Shown here in pieces: positions 58,073-64,000 of a stretch of DNA of 64,000 bases. Position 1 is the stretch's first letter; the number at the start of each line of letters is the position of its first letter. The stretch comes from Alphaproteobacteria bacterium (lineage in GTDB: Bacteria > Pseudomonadota > Alphaproteobacteria > Caedimonadales > UBA9215): assembly GCA_009993885.1 (NCBI GenBank), contig JAACSN010000004.1, positions 59,106-123,105 of the forward strand, written 5' to 3'. The notes under the pieces are model-generated. The model was not told the origin of the DNA and made no database searches. It saw only the letters and a program-made list of their open reading frames with translations. Made by a program: the position numbers and the translations under genes.

Positions 58073-58738
58073 TCACACTGCCTTTTTCGTTCCCTTAAAG
58101 GCTTTAATTTCATCTTTTATAAAATCAAAAATCTTTTTGGGGTCTTGATCCCCGTCAACGGTAAGAATCTTTGTCGTTTCCTCAAAGTGTGCCAAAAGAG
58201 GCTCGGTCATTGCCCGATAAGTCTCTAACCTAAGTTCAATGGCTTCGGCCGTATCGTCGGCTCGAACATCAAAATGTTCACCTTGACAAACATCACAAAC
58301 GCCTTCTTTTTTCGTCGGCTTGAAATATTTATTATAAATTGCCCCGCAATCCTTACAGGCATAACGCCCCAGAATTCTTTTTTTGATAACACCGTCGGCA
58401 ACCTCAAGTCGAATAACCAAATCAACTTTCTGAGATTTCTGAGCCAGCATTCTCTCGAGCACTTGGGCTTGATTTAGGGTTCGAGGAAAACCGTCAAAAA
58501 TATATCCCTCTGCAGAAGCATCATAAGCCCCGTCTAATAAAGATATAATAACATCATCAGACGGAAAACTTCCCTTATCCACAGCCTCTTTAATAAGGCG
58601 TCCTGTGGTACTTCCCGAAGCAATTTCGGCGCGCACAAGGTCGCCCGTACTTAATTGTTTATAACCGAAGGTCTCAACAATTTCTTTTGCCTGCGTGCCC
58701 TTACCGGAGCCCGGAGCCCCAAAGAGGATAATATTCAT
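58073..58738 (-). CDS. adk: Adenylate kinase
   Basis: GAPGSGKGTQA; a Cys4 lid (CKDCG...CDVC). Its position after secY is typical of alphaproteobacteria. Confidence 0.93.
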   Translation of the reverse strand: MNIILFGAPGSGKGTQAKEIVETFGYKQLSTGDLVRAEIASGSTTGRLIKEAVDKGSFPSDDVIISLLDGAYDASAEGYIFDGFPRTLNQAQVLERMLAQKSQKVDLVIRLEVADGVIKKRILGRYACKDCGAIYNKYFKPTKKEGVCDVCQGEHFDVRADDTAEAIELRLETYRAMTEPLLAHFEETTKILTVDGDQDPKKIFDFIKDEIKAFKGTKKAV

Positions 58739-60075
58739 CGGCGTTTCCCTTTTTTAGGGCGTGTCCTGCCCGTCAGCCCTTGATACTGATGCGAAATCAA
58801 ATGAGACTGGATTTGCGTTACCGTATCAATGGCGACACTCACCACAATTAAAAGGCTGGTTCCGCCAAGGTAAAGAGGAATAGCATAGTTATTCATTAAC
58901 ACAATGGGGAAGGCACAAATGACCGCCAGATAAATAGCACCGACAACGGTCAAGCGGGTCAAAATATAATCCAAGTAGGTCGCCGTATGCTCTCCGGGAC
59001 GATAGCCCGGCACAATAGCGCCTGCTTTTTTGAGGTCTTCTGCTTTCTCGGTCGGGTTAAAGACAACGGAGGTATAAAAGAAAGCAAAGAAGACGATCAT
59101 GGCCACAAACAAAAGCAAATATAGCGGACGACCGTACCCCATATGAACCAAGAAACTTGCCAGAAGGCTATCCGGATCCACATTTGTTGAAAAACCAGCA
59201 ATGGTTTGCGGAATCATCAACATAGCACTTGCAAAGATCGGCGGGATAACACCGGCCGTATTCAATTTAAGAGGCATATGCGTATTATCTCCGCCATATT
59301 GACGATTCCCCACCACACGTTTCGGGTAGGTAATATGAACGCGACGTTGCGCCCTTTCAACATAAACAATGAAAATGAGAGTCGCAGCAATCACCAGCAT
59401 AATCATAAAGATCAAAAAGGCTGAAATTTGGCCTGTTCGCCCAAGGTCAAACAATTGTCCCAAAGCTCCCGGCATACCGGAAACGATACCCGCAAAAATA
59501 ATCAAAGAAATACCGTTACCGACACCACGAGACGTAATTTGTTCACCCAACCACATGAGGAACAAAGTCCCGCCCGTTAAGCTGAGAACCGAGGAAACCC
59601 TAAATAAAAAGCCCGGATCAATTACGGGACTCCCCTGCATACTTTCAAGCCCGACGGTAATACCGAAAGACTGCACAAGAGCTAAAAGCACCGTACCGTA
59701 GCGCGTATACTGGTTAAGTTTCTTACGGCCGGATTCGCCTTCTTTTTTTAGAGATTCCAGTTGAGGCACAACGGCTGTCATCAACTGCACGATAATGCTG
59801 GCAGAGATGTAGGGCATAACACCCAAGGCAAAGATCGCCATATTTCCAAGAGCACCTCCGGAAAATTTGTCTAAGAGACCTAAGACACCGCCTGAGTTAC
59901 GCTGTGAAATAGCTTGCATAAGTTCAGCGTCAATGCCCGGAAGAGGCAAATAAGCTCCAAGGCGAAACACAAGAAGAGCGGCCAAGGTAAACCATAGCCG
60001 CTTTTTCAAATCGTCTGCTTTAGAGAACGTGGACCAGTTAAAATTAGCAGCTAGCTGCTCTGCTGCAGATGACAT
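58735..60075 (-). CDS. secY: Preprotein translocase subunit SecY
   Basis: 10-TM profile. Motifs: GI.P.I.ASII.QL; GEQIT..G.GNG.S. Confidence 0.95.
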   Translation of the reverse strand: MSSAAEQLAANFNWSTFSKADDLKKRLWFTLAALLVFRLGAYLPLPGIDAELMQAISQRNSGGVLGLLDKFSGGALGNMAIFALGVMPYISASIIVQLMTAVVPQLESLKKEGESGRKKLNQYTRYGTVLLALVQSFGITVGLESMQGSPVIDPGFLFRVSSVLSLTGGTLFLMWLGEQITSRGVGNGISLIIFAGIVSGMPGALGQLFDLGRTGQISAFLIFMIMLVIAATLIFIVYVERAQRRVHITYPKRVVGNRQYGGDNTHMPLKLNTAGVIPPIFASAMLMIPQTIAGFSTNVDPDSLLASFLVHMGYGRPLYLLLFVAMIVFFAFFYTSVVFNPTEKAEDLKKAGAIVPGYRPGEHTATYLDYILTRLTVVGAIYLAVICAFPIVLMNNYAIPLYLGGTSLLIVVSVAIDTVTQIQSHLISHQYQGLTGRTRPKKGKRR

Positions 60076-60099
60076 GGTGTCTCCCTATTCTTTTTATGA

Positions 60100-60588
60100 T
60101 TATGCAGAAGCTGCGGGTGCAGGCTCCACATGAAGTTGCTTTACGCTACCTTTTGCTTTTTCAATGGCGGCAACAGCTGATTTTGTTGCTTTTGAGACAA
60201 CAAGATTTAAGGCTGTTTTTAGCTCACCGTTTCCAAGAATTTTTACGTTCTCGCGTGCAGGGCGCACAAGACCGGCTGCTTTAAGAGTTTCAATGGTAAT
60301 CTCTTTTCCGGCATCCAATTTTTTAGCATCAACGGCAGCTTGCAAGTCAGAGAGATTCAACTCGCCAAAAACTGTTTTGAAGTCTTTATTATTAAAACCA
60401 CGCTTCGGCATACGCATATATAGAGGGTTTTGTCCCCCTTCAAAGCCTTTGATAGCCACACCGGAACGGGACTTTTGACCTTTTACACCACGACCACACG
60501 TTTTACCGACGCCTGATCCTTCACCACGTCCAAGACGTTTTGACTTAAGGCGTGCGCCTTGATTATCTTTTATTTCATTCAGTTTCAT
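60100..60588 (-). CDS. rplO: 50S ribosomal protein L15
   Basis: MKLN.......R....R.GRG.GSG.GKT.GRG.KGQK.R. Confidence 0.93.
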   Translation of the reverse strand: MKLNEIKDNQGARLKSKRLGRGEGSGVGKTCGRGVKGQKSRSGVAIKGFEGGQNPLYMRMPKRGFNNKDFKTVFGELNLSDLQAAVDAKKLDAGKEITIETLKAAGLVRPARENVKILGNGELKTALNLVVSKATKSAVAAIEKAKGSVKQLHVEPAPAASA

Positions 60589-60611
60589 ACTGACACCTAC
60601 TCTATTAGAAA

Positions 60612-60806
60612 TTACTTCGTTTCAATGATCTCAACAAGATGTGCAACCTTGTTAATCATACCGCGAACGGAAGGTGTATCCTCAAGTTCACGAACCCGAC
60701 CAATTTTATTTAGACCCAAACCAACGAGAGTTTGACCTTGATCCTTTGGACGACGAATGGCACTACGGATTTGCTTTACCGTTACTGTTTTCTTAGCTTT
60801 ACTCAT
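60612..60806 (-). CDS. rpmD: 50S ribosomal protein L30
   Basis: [10 protein letters not shown]......TL.GLGL.KI. Confidence 0.9.
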   Translation of the reverse strand: MSKAKKTVTVKQIRSAIRRPKDQGQTLVGLGLNKIGRVRELEDTPSVRGMINKVAHLVEIIETK

Positions 60807-61371
60807 TGTCTTCTAATCCTTTAAGTTCAGCAGAAGCCGTCTTAGATCCGGCTTCACGACGGGTAATAATCTCACCAACTTTTTTAGAGCGTTTTAAAGC
60901 TACTTCACGGGGAGATTGAATCGCTTGCAAAGCATTTAACGTTGCGCGAACCAAGTTAGAACGGTTGTTACTGCCAAGGGACTTGCTTACAACGTCTGAA
61001 AGACCAAGAGCCTCAAATACGGCGCGCATCGCACCACCGGCAATAATACCCGTACCGACGGGTGCTGGGCGCATAATAACGCTTGCCGCACCGGCTCTCG
61101 CCGTAATATCGTGATGGAGCGTACGTCCCTCACGCAAAGGAACACGAATCATGCTTTTTTTTGCTTTTTCCGTTGCCTTACGCACAGCATCGGGAACTTC
61201 ACGGGCTTTACCCGTTGCGAAACCTACGCGGCCTTTTCCGTCTCCCACAACAACAAGTGCAGTGAAAGAAAAACGACGACCACCCTTAACAACCTTAGCA
61301 ACACGGCCAACGTTAACGAGTTTCTCAACGATTTCAGAATCTTGTTCAGGTCTAGTATTTTGACGTGCCAT
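60799..61371 (-). CDS. rpsE: 30S ribosomal protein S5
   Basis: [36 protein letters not shown]. Confidence 0.93.
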   Translation of the reverse strand: MARQNTRPEQDSEIVEKLVNVGRVAKVVKGGRRFSFTALVVVGDGKGRVGFATGKAREVPDAVRKATEKAKKSMIRVPLREGRTLHHDITARAGAASVIMRPAPVGTGIIAGGAMRAVFEALGLSDVVSKSLGSNNRSNLVRATLNALQAIQSPREVALKRSKKVGEIITRREAGSKTASAELKGLEDNE

Positions 61372-61386
61372 TTTTTCTTCTATCCT

Positions 61387-61746
61387 TTAAAACTTTAAGC
61401 CGGCGGCGCGAGCAGCGTCAGCGACAGCCTTCACACGACCATGGAACAAATATCCTCCACGATCGAAAACAACTTGATCAACGCCCTTTGATACGGCACG
61501 TTCGGCAAGCATCTTACCGACGGCAGTCGCGGCTTCAACGTTTCCTGTTGATTTAGCCTTTGCCATGGACTTGTCCATAGTAGAAGCCGCAACAAGAGTC
61601 GAACGCTTTGTATCATCTATGATTTGAGCATAGATATGGTTGTTTGAGCGGAATACGGACAAGCGTGGCAAACCGTTACGGCGGGCTGCTAACTTGTGTC
61701 TGTTACGTCGTGAGCGACGCGCTAATTTATCTTTAGATGTAAGCAT
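61387..61746 (-). CDS. rplR: 50S ribosomal protein L18
   Basis: RL.VFRS..HIYAQ.IDD......AS; FDRGGY.FHGRVKA.AD.AR..GL.F. Confidence 0.93.
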   Translation of the reverse strand: MLTSKDKLARRSRRNRHKLAARRNGLPRLSVFRSNNHIYAQIIDDTKRSTLVAASTMDKSMAKAKSTGNVEAATAVGKMLAERAVSKGVDQVVFDRGGYLFHGRVKAVADAARAAGLKF

Positions 61747-61751
61747 GTTTA

Positions 61752-62285
61752 TTACTTCTTCTTACCTTCTTTACGCAAAATATATTCATTTTCGTACTTA
61801 ACACCTTTGCCTTTATAAGGCTCGGGAGGACGATAACTTCTAATATTTGCTGCAAATTCACCAACTTTTTGACGGTCGGCACCACTAATCGCAATTGATG
61901 TCGGTTTTTCACAAACAACTTGGATATCACCGGGGATATCAACAACAACATCATGACTGAAACCGAGGTTCATCACAAGAGTACTTCCTTGAACCTGAGC
62001 ACGATAACCGACACCGTTTACTTCCAAACGCTTTGTAAAGCCCTCGGAAACACCTTGTATAAGGTTTCGAGCAAGACGTTGAGTCGTCCCCCACATTGTG
62101 AGAGAGTCCTTTGCCTTGGAGCGCGGTTGCACAATAAGGCGGCCGTCTTTCAATTCAACAATAACCTCTTCGGAAATCGGCATTGAAAGCTGACCGTTTT
62201 TGCCTTTGGCTTGAAGGATGTTACCTGCAATGTTGCAGTCAACGCCTTGGGGTATTTCTACCGGATTTTTTCCAACTCTTGACAT
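61752..62285 (-). CDS. rplF: 50S ribosomal protein L6
   Basis: MSR.GK.P..IP.GV; L...GVGYRA; [10 protein letters not shown]. Confidence 0.93.
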   Translation of the reverse strand: MSRVGKNPVEIPQGVDCNIAGNILQAKGKNGQLSMPISEEVIVELKDGRLIVQPRSKAKDSLTMWGTTQRLARNLIQGVSEGFTKRLEVNGVGYRAQVQGSTLVMNLGFSHDVVVDIPGDIQVVCEKPTSIAISGADRQKVGEFAANIRSYRPPEPYKGKGVKYENEYILRKEGKKK

Positions 62286-62287
62286 AA

Positions 62288-62686
62288 TTAGAATACCCTA
62301 CAAATAATTTCGCCGCCAATATTTTGAAGACGTGCTTCATAATCGGGCATGACACCCTTTGACGTTGAGATAACATAAACACCAAGACCGCCATGAACTT
62401 TAGGCATGTCTTTACAAGAGCTATAAACACGACGGCCGGGTTTCGACACACGTTTAATCTCGGAAAAAACGGGGCGACCGTCGAGATATTTTAGCTCAAC
62501 ACGAACCTCATTTTGATTCGTTTCAGTCGGGGTTGTTTTAAATCCGCGGATATAACCTTCAGATTCCAGAACCGCTAGAACCGCTTCCTTTGCCTTAGAG
62601 GACGGGGCAACAAAATGCCCGTGACCTGCGGCTGCAGCATTACGAATTCGTGTTAGCAGATCTGCTATTGGATCACTCATACTCAT
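62288..62686 (-). CDS. rpsH: 30S ribosomal protein S8
   Basis: Start re-called to MSMSDPIADLLTRIRNA. The ORF-track N-terminal extension overlaps rpsN and is not credible. Confidence 0.93.
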   Translation of the reverse strand: MSMSDPIADLLTRIRNAAAAGHGHFVAPSSKAKEAVLAVLESEGYIRGFKTTPTETNQNEVRVELKYLDGRPVFSEIKRVSKPGRRVYSSCKDMPKVHGGLGVYVISTSKGVMPDYEARLQNIGGEIICRVF

Positions 62687-62699
62687 GATATTGTTCCTA

Positions 62700-63005
62700 C
62701 TACCAGCTTGATTTAGTGACGCCGGGGAGCATACCGTTAGAAGCCAGTTCACGTAAAGCAATACGTGACATGTCAAACTTACGATAATAACCACGGGGAC
62801 GACCTGTGATAGCACAACGGTTACGGATACGAACCTTTGCGCCGTTTCGGGGGAGTTCTGCCAACTTCAAAGTTGCTTGGAACCTCTCCTCAGGGGCAAG
62901 ATCACGATCCATAACGATCGTTTTCAAAGCCGCACGGCGGTTCGCAAACTTTGCAACTTTCTTGCGACGAGACTTATTCTTTTCGACTGCACTTAGTTTT
63001 GCCAT
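62700..63005 (-). CDS. rpsN: 30S ribosomal protein S14
   Basis: MAK.S..EKN..R...V.KF..RR; R.RNRC..TGRPRG.YRKF..SRI.LRE....G..PGV.K.SW. Confidence 0.93.
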   Translation of the reverse strand: MAKLSAVEKNKSRRKKVAKFANRRAALKTIVMDRDLAPEERFQATLKLAELPRNGAKVRIRNRCAITGRPRGYYRKFDMSRIALRELASNGMLPGVTKSSW

Positions 63006-63017
63006 TTGCTTCCTCTA

Positions 63018-63560
63018 TTACTTTTTAATAAAAGGCATGTTAAAAGCCGATAAAAGCTCTTTTGCCTCTTCATTTGTATTTGCGGTTGTCACAAATACGA
63101 TATCCATTCCACGCATTTTGTCTACTTTGTCGTAGTCAATTTCAGGAAAAATGATATGTTCTTTGATACCCATAGCATAATTACCGCGACCGTCAAAACT
63201 TTTTGGTGAAATACCGCGAAAATCTCTAATACGAGGCATCGCAACGTTAACCAAACGATCCAAGAATTCATACATACGCGCTCCGCGCAATGTTACCTTA
63301 GAACCGATAGCCATTTCCTCACGCAATTTAAACCCGGCAATAGATTTTTTTGCCATGGTTGCAAGAGCTCTTTGACCTGCAATCGCCGTCATTTCTTCAA
63401 CAGCCTTGTCAACAACCTTACGATCGTTAACAGCTTCACCAAGCCCCATGTTGAGAACAATTTTCTCAAGCTTTGGCGCCATCATACTATTTCTATAACC
63501 GAACTTTTTAATAAGATCGGCTTTAATTTTACTCTCATACAATTCACGAAGACGTGTCAT
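63018..63560 (-). CDS. rplE: 50S ribosomal protein L5
   Basis: L...Y......L...F.Y.N.M..P.L.KIV.NMG.GEA. Confidence 0.93.
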   Translation of the reverse strand: MTRLRELYESKIKADLIKKFGYRNSMMAPKLEKIVLNMGLGEAVNDRKVVDKAVEEMTAIAGQRALATMAKKSIAGFKLREEMAIGSKVTLRGARMYEFLDRLVNVAMPRIRDFRGISPKSFDGRGNYAMGIKEHIIFPEIDYDKVDKMRGMDIVFVTTANTNEEAKELLSAFNMPFIKK

Positions 63561-63585
63561 GACAACTACTCTTTATCTATCTAAA

Positions 63586-63909
63586 CTATCTATCTAAAAC
63601 TTCACCGGATTTCTTAGCAAAAAGTACTTTTTTGCCATCGTCTTGGATTTTCTTACCGACGCGTGTCGGCTTATTATCCTTAGGATCCAAATGCATCACA
63701 TTAGAAACATGAATAGATCCTTCTTCACGGATGATACCGCCTTCGCTTCCGGGAGTCGCCTTCTTATGAAGAGTGCGCATATTAACACCCTTTACAGTCA
63801 CACGTTCACGCTTGCGGTCAACGGCTGTAATCTCACCCGTCTTGCCTTTATCTTTACCGGTAAGAACAGCGACCATGTCGCCCTTTTTTACATGTAATTT
63901 ATTACGCAT
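63586..63909 (-). CDS. rplX: 50S ribosomal protein L24
   Basis: KKGD.V.V..GKDKGK.GE; KOW motif. Confidence 0.93.
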   Translation of the reverse strand: MRNKLHVKKGDMVAVLTGKDKGKTGEITAVDRKRERVTVKGVNMRTLHKKATPGSEGGIIREEGSIHVSNVMHLDPKDNKPTRVGKKIQDDGKKVLFAKKSGEVLDR

Positions 63910-64000
63910 TATAGCACCTCCGGAGCAAGAGAAACAATTTTCATAAAGTTCTTAGCTCGCAATTCACGAACAACCGGGCCAAAAATACGTGTGCCTAGGG
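63909..64000 (-). CDS. rplN: 50S ribosomal protein L14, 3' end only (runs off the window)
   Basis: The reverse complement ends ...[26 protein letters not shown]. There is a TAATG overlap with the rplX start. Confidence 0.85.
   Translation of the reverse strand, partial: LGTRIFGPVVRELRAKNFMKIVSLAPEVL

Noticed and set aside
1-64000. CRISPR arrays, rRNA genes and IS/transposase genes
   Set aside because: I saw no regularly spaced direct repeats, no 16S/23S/5S signatures, and no transposase-like ORFs or terminal inverted repeats.

Overview
This is a chromosomal window from a moderately AT-rich (by eye) alphaproteobacterium. Supporting signatures are an spc/alpha ribosomal operon with adk after secY and no rpmJ, a pcm-rhodanese-tolC-PopZ(DUF2497) block, an infA-rng-yacG block, and a conserved J-domain protein. 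The many signal-peptide orphan genes suggest a host-associated lifestyle, but that is inference.

Layout:
- 1-11.9 kb: an integrative island at the 3' end of tRNA-Ser(UGA). It carries a P4-type integrase, AlpA, a Toprim primase and a DUF927 helicase. Its cargo includes a very large, 5'-truncated SF1 helicase fused to a PD-(D/E)xK nuclease. The distal island end is not in the window.
- 12-17.7 kb: tRNA-His, an unexplained 830-bp non-coding stretch, clpP, tig, tRNA-Leu, yacG, an RNase E/G-like gene, infA and a DUF599 gene.
- 18-21.3 kb: two tandem DIT1/PvcA (isonitrile-synthase family) paralogues, both with signal peptides.
- 21.5-27.7 kb: an unusually long PopZ-like protein, tolC, rhodanese, pcm-like, MFS and a core methyltransferase.
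- 27.7-32.5 kb: a stand-alone vgrG operon. It reads degenerate HD-fold protein, then VgrG, then MORN-repeat protein, with no other T6SS core genes in the window. I consider this the most interesting locus.
- 32.7-43.7 kb: a mix of core genes (J-domain protein, crcB, DD-carboxypeptidase with SPOR domain, tRNA-Met, tRNA-Gln, rplM-rpsI) and many small secreted orphans.
- 43.9-47.7 kb: lon and clpX, separated from tig-clpP. The lon terminator is duplicated around an AT-rich orphan gene.
- 48-50.9 kb: a secreted class-3 lipase and a secreted protein with a WH2-like motif.
- 51-64 kb: cfa, dapB, a LapA-like gene, an orphan lipoprotein secretin, then rplQ-rpoA-rpsK-rpsM-adk-secY-rplO-rpmD-rpsE-rplR-rplF-rpsH-rpsN-rplE-rplX-rplN(partial).

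No CRISPR array, rRNA or IS transposase was seen. All family assignments come from motif recognition by eye. No searches were run.
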